The notes under the pieces are model-generated. The model did not search any database. It was given only the letters and a program-made list of their open reading frames with translations, and was not told the origin of the DNA. From assembly GCA_048013815.1 (NCBI GenBank), contig CM106585.1:21204001-21268000 (forward strand): a stretch of DNA of 64,000 bases, given 5' to 3'. Positions within the stretch are counted from its first letter, which is position 1; each line of letters opens with the position of its first letter. Positions 12,933-23,200 of this stretch are shown piece after piece. This DNA is from Setoptus koraiensis. Lineage: Eukaryota > Animalia > Arthropoda. A program made the position numbers and the translations under genes.

Positions 12933-13155
12933 CTTATTCTCACTACCGTCGTCTATTCAAACAGTGGATGATGCAAGATGTTACAAGAGGTAATATAATA
13001 ATGATAATAGTGATAATAACAGCAACTTGTTTGCTGGTTGGACAGAATTCCAATGGACATTGTTTGCCACATTGTTAGATGCGGTTTACTGTTTATATTC
13101 TGACCATTATTTTCTCGTCTTCCACGCCTACTCTCAGTAGCGCCCTCTTGGATGA
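12778..13155. repeat. Duplicated block A, copy 1 (SCOT first 52 codons and upstream region); paralog at ~16443-16817
   Basis: Manual alignment. 13026-13128 is identical over 103 nt to 16688-16790; the coding part is more diverged. Confidence 0.95.
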
Positions 13156-13924
13156 TTCGAAGAGACTAACATTGTGACCAATATAATAACGTTCACCATG
13201 GCTGTGATGCATTAGATTCTACAAGATTGTTGTTGTTGTTGTTGTTGCTGTTACATAATATCTCATCGCAACAGCAACACACAAATTCATCATTGTTGTT
13301 GGATTAGAGAATGAAAGGGTGCGTGTTACCATGTCCAACTATCATCATTATATAATGGATCATAATGTGTGTTGCATAGCCCAAGCCTATTTGACATTTT
13401 CAATAGAGCACCCAACAAAGCTTCATAGCCCCATTTCGTGAGATCACCTGAAGACCTAAAGGGCGACACATGAAACTCGATATGATCGCATAAAATTGAT
13501 TAAATCTCACCATAGCGTCTATTATTTGATAGGTAAAAGCGAAATTTTCATTTCGTAGCATAAACAGACATATAGACTGGTGATAAGTTCAACTACTAAA
13601 CTCCCACGCGTAGCTCGATAACAAGTTGGCCTCACGACAAGCACCGAGCAACGATTTTGGCCATTGTTGCATGACGCAACTTTAATGGTATGCATGAGAG
13701 AATAATGGTAGCTTTACCATTACAAAGATGTGGGATCGCCATCATTGTTGATACCATCTATTTATAAATACATGTTCATCACATATCTCACATTGGAGCT
13801 TCTTCTCGATACATTTCTATATGCCGTAGACATGGGCTGCAAGGTTAACCCTATCTGCTAAAGCTGCATGGGATCTCCCTGTGGTGTACGCTCTGCCGTG
13901 TGCGCTTGGGGTGGGCATTTGTCA

Positions 13925-13929
13925 GTGTG

Positions 13930-14021
<92 letters not shown>
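13925..14021. repeat. (TG)n microsatellite, ~48 units with two interruptions
   Basis: Read directly from the sequence. Confidence 0.97.
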
Positions 14022-14022
<1 letters not shown>

Positions 14023-14681
14023 CACGAAGAAGTGTTCGCTATGTTTCGTGGTCTCTTTCTCTCTGACTCTTTCCATCCCTTATTGATGGCATCAAACTAG
14101 CACCACCGACACTTACGACACACCATGAGAACATAGTGCTAGGCAAGATATTGGTATAGTTGTTGATGTTATCACATTCACTTACAAGTTGGCCATTATT
14201 TGTTTGCCTATTGGTTGCTGCTGTTGGTTGTTGTCAAGCTACAGATCAGATTGGAATCCGCTATCGTTTAATCATTGCCAGCATCGTTATTCATCGTTGC
14301 TACATTATTAATGTAATTCTAGACCTCAAACAGCTCAAAGTAGAATAATTCACATAATATTACCGTACATGTAATAGTATTAGTGATACTAACAATAATA
14401 ATAAATACAGCAAGAGGCGTAGGCAGTGTATTAATCTCAGGAAAGAGTGAACAGCAACAACAAACACGAACGAACGACAACAACAAATACCTCACTAGCA
14501 ATCGAGTGGCATTGAATTGGGCGAGTTATACAGAGCGAAAAGGAGCCAATATAACAACGACAACAGCGCCTCTGGCAAGAACTAGTAAACAACACACACA
14601 CACACGAACACGAAACAACGCTAATGCTTGCTCACTAGGATTAGATGGATTACCAATTGAGGCATATAATTGAGTGATTTC

Positions 14682-14965
14682 ATATATCATTCAATCAAAA
14701 TATAAATACCAAGCTGTGTATCATCCGATGTATCATTTTGATGATCACCAGTATTGATAGCAGCCAATCACAATTGATGCAAACGTATTGATACTCGTCT
14801 ACATATCTACCTGACCATATTTGGATTCATTTACATATATATATATATAAATAACATAATATCTCTATATACTTACATATATATAATACAAAATTCAGTA
14901 ATTATCATTATTATTTATATAAAAAGAATCGTCATTATCTAGCGTCACCATGTCTGGAGAATCAT
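14682..14965. repeat. Duplicated block B, copy 1 (PIP4K2 upstream region and first codons MSGES); paralog at ~17053-17329
   Basis: Manual alignment shows high identity, including CAGCCAATCACAATTGATGC (CCAAT box), ACTCGTCTACATATCTACCTGACCATA and TCACCATGTCTGGAGAATCA. Confidence 0.93.
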
Positions 14966-16167
14966 CAACAATCACTTCCATCAGTAGGTCAATGTCGACC
15001 AAATGCAAGAAGAAACATTTCAAGCCAAAACATCAAAAATCAAAGCTATTTAGAGCAAATGAGCCATTATTATCTGTCTTTATGTGGGGTGTCAACCATA
15101 CAGTAAGCGAATTAAATCATGTCAACATACCAATCATGCTAATGCCCGACGATTTTAAGGCATTCACTAAGGTGCGAGTGGACAATCATTTATATCAAAA
15201 AGATATAATGCCTTCTCATTTTAAAATCAAAGAATATTGCCCTCTTGTATTTCGTAATTTACGAGAACGCTTCTCAATAGATGACAATGATTATCTCAAA
15301 TCATTAACAAAATTTCAACCAGTGGCTGATGATAGTCGCTCCGGCAGGCCAGCGAAATTCTATTCATCATATGATAAACAACTAATTCTAAAGACATTAT
15401 CAGCTGAAGAAGTTGAAAATATGCATCATCTACTAAAAGAATATCATCCCTACATTGTCGAACGTTTTGGTAAGACATTATTGCCGCAATATCTAGGAAT
15501 GTATAGGTTGACTGTGGAAGGCCAAGAAACTTATATAGTGGTTATGCGTAACATATTTAGCTCGCGTTTACCCATACACAAAAAATATGATCTCAAAGGT
15601 TCAAATTTGGATCGCGAAGCTAGCGAAAAGGAACGTGGCAAAGATTTGCCATGCTTTAAAGATAACGACTTCTTGAAAGATGGTGTAAAATTATATTTAG
15701 ATCTTGATAGCAAAGAGAAATTAATTAGTACACTAGAGGCTGATACAACGTTCCTAGCGCGAGAAAATTTAATGGACTATTCCCTATGTCTAGGTATACA
15801 CGATTGTGAAAAATTCCAACAAGAGCAAGCCGACATAAACTCACCAAAATCTACCAGCTCAAATGAGGACGACGAAGAAGCTGATTCTAGTGGCGGAGGT
15901 GGTGGCGGTATAGCGGGGCCAGACACTCCAAATATGAAAAGTCAAGATGGAGATGATACAATGATCGGCGATGTCGGAACCACTGGTAGTATTGGTGTTA
16001 TGAAATCTAGTGTTGCAAATACAAGCGAAAAGCAGATTTATTTCATGGGGCTAGTAGACGTATTAACGCAGTTTGGATTGAGAAAGAGAATAGTCACTGT
16101 TCATCCAGAGCAATACAGAAAAAGGTTTATGGAGTTCATCGCTAAGGCTATCAATATTTCTGGGTAA
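14950..16167 (+). CDS. PIP4K2: Phosphatidylinositol 5-phosphate 4-kinase (type II PIPK), intronless, 405 aa
   Basis: KKKHF...KLFRANEPLLSVFMWGVNH N-terminus, KEYCPLVFRNLRERF, KYDLKGS, LMDYSL and YFMGLVDVLT...PEQY..RF. Confidence 0.95.
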   Translation: MSGESSTITSISRSMSTKCKKKHFKPKHQKSKLFRANEPLLSVFMWGVNHTVSELNHVNIPIMLMPDDFKAFTKVRVDNHLYQKDIMPSHFKIKEYCPLVFRNLRERFSIDDNDYLKSLTKFQPVADDSRSGRPAKFYSSYDKQLILKTLSAEEVENMHHLLKEYHPYIVERFGKTLLPQYLGMYRLTVEGQETYIVVMRNIFSSRLPIHKKYDLKGSNLDREASEKERGKDLPCFKDNDFLKDGVKLYLDLDSKEKLISTLEADTTFLARENLMDYSLCLGIHDCEKFQQEQADINSPKSTSSNEDDEEADSSGGGGGGIAGPDTPNMKSQDGDDTMIGDVGTTGSIGVMKSSVANTSEKQIYFMGLVDVLTQFGLRKRIVTVHPEQYRKRFMEFIAKAINISG

Positions 16168-16594
16168 TTGTAGAGCGAGCATTTTGAACTGCATCAGTGT
16201 TATGCGTTCCATCGCACAAAGGCTTGTTTTTCGTATGCTTACAATTACAAAACCAATAAATTTTGTCTTCATGAGATTCAAACCTGACCGGCCTATTCTT
16301 GATTTTCATCTTGGCATCTTTGTGTGTCCCATCACAGAATGGTTGATTTCGACTGAAGCCACAAGAGCACCACATATAGACTTTTTTGGCCTTGCATTCA
16401 AACTTAAACGGTCTTTTTGCATAAATGTGACCGTCTCGATCAGATTTGATGTCTTCAACGGCATCCTCTGCCTTGTTGGAGAATATAGAACTTTTGATGG
16501 TCGTTATCCTCAAGCAACGCTGAGCTGTTGTGAATATCAGATGTCTTGCGGGATTTGCGGTCGACGGAGAGAGCAACAACGCCAGTGAATTCAT
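16151..16594 (-). CDS. CISD3: CDGSH iron-sulfur domain protein 3 (MiNT-like) with a SCOT-derived N-terminus, 147 aa
   Basis: Two tandem CDGSH motifs, WCSCGFSRNQPFCDGTH and FCNCKHTKNKPLCDGTH, with no TM helix. Confidence 0.92.
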   Translation of the reverse strand: MNSLALLLSPSTANPARHLIFTTAQRCLRITTIKSSIFSNKAEDAVEDIKSDRDGHIYAKRPFKFECKAKKVYMWCSCGFSRNQPFCDGTHKDAKMKIKNRPVRFESHEDKIYWFCNCKHTKNKPLCDGTHNTDAVQNARSTITQKY

Positions 16595-16817
16595 CTTGTT
16601 CTCAACCCCGTCGCCTATTCAAACAGTGGATGACACAAGATGTAACAAGAGGTAGTATAGTAATAATAATAATGATAGTAACAGCAGCTTGTTTGCTGGT
16701 TGGACAGAATTCCAATGGACATTGTTTGCCACATTGTTAGATGCGGTTTACTGTTTATATTCTGACCATTATTTTCTCGTCTTCCACGCCCACTTTCAGT
16801 AGCGCCCTCTCAATGAT
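16443..16817. repeat. Duplicated block A, copy 2 (CISD3 N-terminus and upstream region)
   Basis: Paralog of 12778-13155. Confidence 0.95.
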
Positions 16818-17052
16818 CACATAATACTACCGTGCCATGTGGAAATCTGCCAATGTCTCTGGCTTTAGTTCAGGGAAAAACCGCTCGAGGTCGCTTTTTG
16901 TACAAGCATTTTCCGTGCGTGAGATTCAGTGAGCATCCGAAAAACAAATCAGCAAGAAAAAAAGAAGAAAAAACGCAACATTTATCGAGACACTTCAGGT
17001 TTTCCGATCCATTTTTTGGCTGATGCGAGCGCCCCTCGCGTCTTTTTCTTTT

Positions 17053-17329
17053 ATACATCATTCAATCAAAATATAAATACTAACCTGTGTATCATCAAAT
17101 GTATCATTTTGATGATCACTAGCGCTGATAGCAGCCAATCACAATTGATGCAAACATATTGATACTCGTCTACATATCTACCTGACCATACTTGGATTCA
17201 TTTACATCTACATATAAAGAACATAATATCTCCATATACTTGCACATATAATACAAAATTTAGTAATTATAATTATCATTTATATAAAAGAATCGTCAGT
17301 ATCTAGCCTCACCATGTCTGGAGAATCAC
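17053..17329. repeat. Duplicated block B, copy 2 (CARS1 upstream region and first codons)
   Basis: Paralog of 14682-14965. Confidence 0.93.
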
Positions 17330-19536
17330 CAATCAGAATATTGAACTCCTTCAGTCGAGCCCTCGAATCTCTCGTTCCGATCCAGAGCAAAAGCATCAGG
17401 TGGTATACTTGTGGGCCAACTGTCTACGCTCCCTCTCATCTCGGCCATGCAAGGTGTTACATGACTTTCGACATTATACGTAGGATATTATTGGATTATT
17501 TTGGTTACCAAGTTCAATATGTTATGAATATCACTGATATAGATGATAAAATAATTAAGACAGCCAGATGTGACTACTTGTACGATCAATACAAGACTAA
17601 AGTTTTGGATAGCGTGGCAAACAATTCCTTTGATCCGACGAAATTCAACAATGACCTCGAAGAGGCTCTATCAGCATATAGACAAAAAACTGAAAAGGAA
17701 AATGACGTTAACAAAAGAAGGATGTACCAAGAAAACGTGGAAAAATTTCTTGCCGACTTGGAGCGTTTTCGAGGGAGCTCACTAAAAGAAGTAAAGGAAC
17801 TACTGCCTGACAGACTGGACACGAGGCATCTCAGGGATATAATCTCTGACCAACTCGACTCTCAATACGGTGAAACTGTCATTGATCACGCTATATTCAA
17901 GAAATTGACATTGGAATATGAGCAGAAATTTCATGAAGATATGAGAAGGCTCAATATTCTTGAGCCAAGTACATTGACTAGAGTAAGCGCACATATTGAA
18001 AATATTGATAAATATATTCAACAAATTGAGTCGAACGGATTCGCCTATAAATCTAACGGTTCGGTATATTTTGACACGAACAAATTTGCCAAAGATCAAA
18101 AACACACCTACGCAAAACTTTCTAATCGAAGTATTGAAGCAGCCAGTAGCCGAAGACAAGATCTAGATGAGGCAGATGGTGAATTATCTAATCTCTCCGA
18201 CAAAAGGTGCCCGGAGGACTTTGCTCTATGGAAAAAGTCAAAACCTGGCGAACCGAGTTGGAAATCTACCACCTATGATGACGGACGCCCTGGTTGGCAC
18301 ATTGAATGTTCCGTCATGGCAAGCCATATCCTCGGAAATCAATTCGATTTGCATTCTGGGGGTTGTGACCTCAAGTTTCCTCATCATGATAACGAGATTG
18401 CCCAAGCTGAAGCAAAAATAAATACCGGACACAATTGGGTCAACTATTTTATCCACTCTGGTCACCTTCATATTGCAGGATGCAAGATGTCAAAATCTCT
18501 AAAAAACTTCGTAACAATAGCTGAAGCTTTGGAGAAATACTCCGCATTACAGTTGAGGCTTCTTTTTCTGAGTCATAACTGGACGGAAACTTTAGACTAT
18601 TCTGACGACACTATGAAGCGTGCACTGAGTATAGAAAAACGAGTGAATGATTTCTTTCTCATAGTAAAGGATCGATTAAGAGATCCCCATGCTGGAGGGG
18701 ACGCAGCAAACCCTTCCATAGAAACTATTTTCGTTGAGTGGACACAGAGTGACATAGAAATGAATCAAGAATTTTTAAACACAACACAATTGATAGATGA
18801 GTCGTTACGTGATAATTTCAATACCAAGCGGGCTGTTGATCTCACGCTGGAGCTCATCGCAAAAGTCTACAAGAAAGAGTCGTGCAACTTGATTCTATTG
18901 AGAGATATAGCCGCATTCATTCATAAATTATTTAGAATATTCGGTGCAAATTTTAATAGTTTTCAACCAAGGACGCACATTGTGGAAATTCCTGATCAGG
19001 CCCCTCAAGAGAATTTTGAAAATGGTCAATCCACTGAAGTCCTTTATAGTTATATGGATACCTTGGCCAGTTTTCGATCCAAAGTTAGAGAGGTGGCTAA
19101 GAAAGGACAGACTCCGTCTGATTTTGTCGACATTCTCAAACTATGTGATGAACTTCGCGACACGATCTTGCCGGAGATGGGTGTTCGTCTGCAGGATAAA
19201 GAAGATGTGAAAGGTAAACCCTATGTGCTCGAACTGGTTGATAAAGAAACCATGATGAGAGAGAAAGCCTTGGCAGAAAAGTTGAAGTATGAAAAAATGA
19301 ATGAAAAATTGAAGCAACTAGAATTACAAAAACAAAAAGATGACCAAAAGAAGATACCACCAAGTGAAATGTTCAAAGATCAAAAGGACAGATTCTCTCA
19401 ATTCGACGCTGAAGGTTTACCTACCCACGATGCCGAGGGTCAAGTATTGCCCAAGTCCCAAGTTAGCAAGCTGAAAAGGTTACAGAAGGACCAAGAGAAA
19501 AAGTACAAGAAGTACTTGGAGTCTATCAAGCAATAA
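17314..19536 (+). CDS. CARS1: Cytosolic cysteinyl-tRNA synthetase, intronless, 740 aa
   Basis: WYTCGPTVY, HIGH-type HLGH, ITDIDDKII, DFALWK, GRPGWHIECS, DLKFPHHDNE and KMSKSLKNF, with a eukaryotic C-terminal extension. Confidence 0.98.
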   Translation: MSGESPIRILNSFSRALESLVPIQSKSIRWYTCGPTVYAPSHLGHARCYMTFDIIRRILLDYFGYQVQYVMNITDIDDKIIKTARCDYLYDQYKTKVLDSVANNSFDPTKFNNDLEEALSAYRQKTEKENDVNKRRMYQENVEKFLADLERFRGSSLKEVKELLPDRLDTRHLRDIISDQLDSQYGETVIDHAIFKKLTLEYEQKFHEDMRRLNILEPSTLTRVSAHIENIDKYIQQIESNGFAYKSNGSVYFDTNKFAKDQKHTYAKLSNRSIEAASSRRQDLDEADGELSNLSDKRCPEDFALWKKSKPGEPSWKSTTYDDGRPGWHIECSVMASHILGNQFDLHSGGCDLKFPHHDNEIAQAEAKINTGHNWVNYFIHSGHLHIAGCKMSKSLKNFVTIAEALEKYSALQLRLLFLSHNWTETLDYSDDTMKRALSIEKRVNDFFLIVKDRLRDPHAGGDAANPSIETIFVEWTQSDIEMNQEFLNTTQLIDESLRDNFNTKRAVDLTLELIAKVYKKESCNLILLRDIAAFIHKLFRIFGANFNSFQPRTHIVEIPDQAPQENFENGQSTEVLYSYMDTLASFRSKVREVAKKGQTPSDFVDILKLCDELRDTILPEMGVRLQDKEDVKGKPYVLELVDKETMMREKALAEKLKYEKMNEKLKQLELQKQKDDQKKIPPSEMFKDQKDRFSQFDAEGLPTHDAEGQVLPKSQVSKLKRLQKDQEKKYKKYLESIKQ

Positions 19537-20236
19537 ATGATCTGAATTAATTTATTATTTTTGGTTGCATTTCCGTGTTGCAGTGATTAGATTTGTTTCT
19601 TTTTTTCTTCATTTTGCAAACTTCTTGTTGACCCAGACTCAATGCCTAATCGACGGCTACGATGCTACTGCTTGATTTACTATCATTTCGCCTCTTTGCG
19701 TTTGTCCACTAGAGGCTACTCTTGTGAGTGGCAGTTACTAGCGTAACTAGACGAATGACGCATTATCTGCAGGGCAAGCAACGATCTGTGCGCTTGGGCA
19801 TTACTGATTTTAGCCTCTCATCCCACCGTGATATCGTTACGTCGGGAACTGTAACAATGAGGAGTAGATCAATCAAGAAAAAAGAAGAATAGAAGTTACA
19901 ATTATCGAGACACTATTACGCTTTGACGTGTGCACTCTAGCGCCTCTCGTGGCTGCTTCTCGCATCTTTTGATTTATCAGAGCAATTGACCACACTGTAG
20001 GCTATCTATCTTCAGTACAATATCGATGCTACGCAAAATGGCACGATGAACATAATTCTCGAAATGCCAGTCTATATCAATTTTATTTCCTATCAATATT
20101 ATCATCCTATACTACTGATCTATTTCTCATTTTACACTCAACGTATATAAATGATAGAATCAACGCTCACCATCATCATACCATTGATAAACAAACAAAT
20201 AAACCAAAGGATTATTACATAGTCAATCAACCAGTC

Positions 20237-23200
20237 ATGGATTCCAATCTTATGTCGGCGACTCCATCGTCGTCCTCAGCCTCAATTACAGAGACACCAA
20301 CTGTCAGGCCGACACTGACCGCAGCTGCTGTAGATAATGTCATTGTTCAATTAGAGACTCTAACCCATATTTTCTATTCTAATACGGGCAACCAAGATAT
20401 CAATCAATGGAATGAGGCTCAATCTAAATTGCTACAATTTCAACAGATGGCTGACCCATTCAATATGTGTCGTGCTATTATTCAAAAATCACAAAATAGT
20501 CTTGTATTATTTCAAGCAGCAATGTGCCTCAAAAATGCCATATCTAAAGATTGGCGAAAAATGGAACCAGACGAAATAAGCGATTTGTTTCAATTTCTCA
20601 GTGAATTCTTATGCGCCAAATCATTAGATTACGATTATTCACTCAGTGAAACTGTATCACTTGTTTGCGCCATGCTTTTGAAAAAATTAGCCATGTGCCG
20701 ATACCGAGATGAGGTATCCAAAAAAGTGGAGCAAGTCATATCAACACTGTGCTCAAGGGTTGAAGATAACAATGAGGCTCTAAATAGACGTTATGGTTGT
20801 ATATTGATGCTCAACTCACTACTGATAGAATGTCAAGCGTCCAAGCGATCAACAAGCCTAGGCTTACAGATTTGGCGACACTATTCAGCGCGAAAAATGA
20901 TTGAAACCCACCTTAAAGCTATAGCTGAGGCATGTTTAAAAACAATCAACTGGTCTATTTCCTCGAACTTGCTCATAACAACTAATCCCATATCAAGAGA
21001 GACCTTGGCAGTGTGCAACTTTACCAAATCATGTATAGAAGCTGTTGAACATGCTCTGTCCTGGAATTCATTAGATGTATCATGCGCTGGCGCAGGTGAC
21101 AGAATTCTACGTATTTTTCAAAATCGACAGATAGGCACCATCACCCAAGCCGCCGAGCATGATAAGAGATTAAAAGCCATCCAATCTTGGTATGAACTAA
21201 TTATGAATCCCGAAGTGGTTAAGTTCTTGTTTGATCTCTACAGCAAGATAAAGTCATTGGTAGACCCAAGTTCCAACTGGAACTGGCCATCATCTACTCT
21301 TAGAATTTGTATGAACTGTCTTTATCATCTAGCTGATAGTCAAAATATAGTGATGGCGGACAAGGATGATTTGCGTGCACGTTTTGTGGAAAATCTCATG
21401 CGTGGTGCTATCAATTTGATGACTTCTATTGTTGAGAAGGTGGATGATTGTTATGAAATAGCCAACCTACTCACCGCTATCGTTTTGCATTTAGAGACTC
21501 GTCGGATGTTGGTTGTATATGACAAAAGTGTGCTCAACTCATTTATAGAAGTGACTGCGCAATTTACATGTAAAGTTTTCGTATACACTGCCAGTCAACC
21601 CAGCAGTATTTTTAATGAAGAAGAAGAGAAGTCTGTTGATTCCTTGATGGATGTCTGGAATATTGTTGTGAGAACATTGGACGCGTACTCAAAATTGGAG
21701 GCAGAATTAGAATTGTCGTCTTCGATCCCAATAGATATCAGCTCTTGTGCTCGCTCAATTACAGAATGCTATCTCAGATGTCATTTGAACAAACCTCTTG
21801 GAATATTGGAGCCAAGTGAAGATCAAGAAGAAGTTGACATAGATAATATTGAGGATTATGATGATGGAGTTGTGCATAGTATGCAACTAGATTCGTTTGG
21901 ATTTATTGCAAGAGTTGATGCAGCTCATACATGTAGATTACTGATAGACTTACTGGGTACGAGAGTCCAACAGTTTGAAGCTCTACTTGCACACTCTATA
22001 CCAACTAGAAACGGTCCAGAGGGCATGAAGGAATGGGAAACAATAAATGATGACTTGCATTGGCTGCTCCTTATAACATCAAACTTTTTAACTCAAGTTG
22101 GTTACGGAGATATCGGATTGATGTGCAACGAAATCATCAGACTATCGATTGATGCCAAAGCAGACGTGGATAGAACTGTGGCAGCGTTAGGTAACTTCGA
22201 TTACTCTAGCAACGACACAGATCCTATCATAAGATTGGTTATTATAGTGCTGAAATTGTGTCAGATAGAAAAAAGTGTTTGCCAAAGTGGAAAAAGACTC
22301 TGGTTGAGCGGTCAAACTAGCTCAACTTTGACTACTTTCATGTCCAAGTTCTGTTTGACCTACATTTACCCATTAGAATCTGAATATCCGACGATTGCTC
22401 CAGCTCTGAATTATTGTTTTGGTCAAGATTCACAAACAGCAGAGAAAATGATAGAATTTGTCCTCGATCATGCCTGTTGCAAAATATTATTCATGAAAGA
22501 TGAACAACAAGTAGTTATGAGATGTGTCGAACTATTTATACAACTATTGAGATATCTGCCTAAGCCATTCATTAATGATAAACTTCCGGAAATTATTCAA
22601 CGAAGTGAGATGATTAAATTATTCACCATGCAGCTGAATCCTGACAATATGCAGACATTTCTACCCAAAACTGCAAAAACTTTATTCAAGTTGGCAACGA
22701 AGTTACTCCGAAAGGAAACAGAATGGACAAATCTTGTCAGTTTCCTTCAATCTAGGTGGACTCAAATTACAGCCACTTTATCTGGACAGTTGCAGCCTCA
22801 AGTTGTGAATTCGGATATTGTTCTCAATAAGTTTTTAGAATTCTGTGACTATGCCAGTGGAGTATGCGAAGCAAGTGACGACGATAACATAGAGCGTATT
22901 TTTGAGCAGCTTCTTCTACCTCTTGTTAAAGAATTACCTGCTATAATGATGGCTTTTCGAAATTTCGAATCGGCTGTGACAGCCATCTTCGATCTTCTAT
23001 ATTTGATAGTCAAAGTCCCTCTAGCATGCATGGGCATCTGGGAAGGCCCACCTATTGAGACTTTCTATAGCTCCTGCACCGATGTCTTGAAGGCCTATGC
23101 GCATATAAGCTCGGGACGTATTTCAAAAAGTGATGATGAAGAATCTTGCGATGACCTATTAGCGTGTTTGCAGTTCATGACTGAAGCTATGAAGAAAGAC

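Noticed and set aside
12969-13078. Paired small plus-strand ORFs with a hydrophobic stretch (MMQDVTRG...LPHC and its copy ending at 16740)
   Set aside because: Explained by the block A duplication. Differences between the copies are almost all non-synonymous, and the hydrophobicity comes from ATA repeats antisense to the 5' regions.
14165-14348. 61-aa ORF with a signal-peptide-like start in the SCOT-PIP4K2 spacer
   Set aside because: No recognisable mature domain or cleavage motifs, TTG/GTT-rich composition, and absent from the duplicate cassette.
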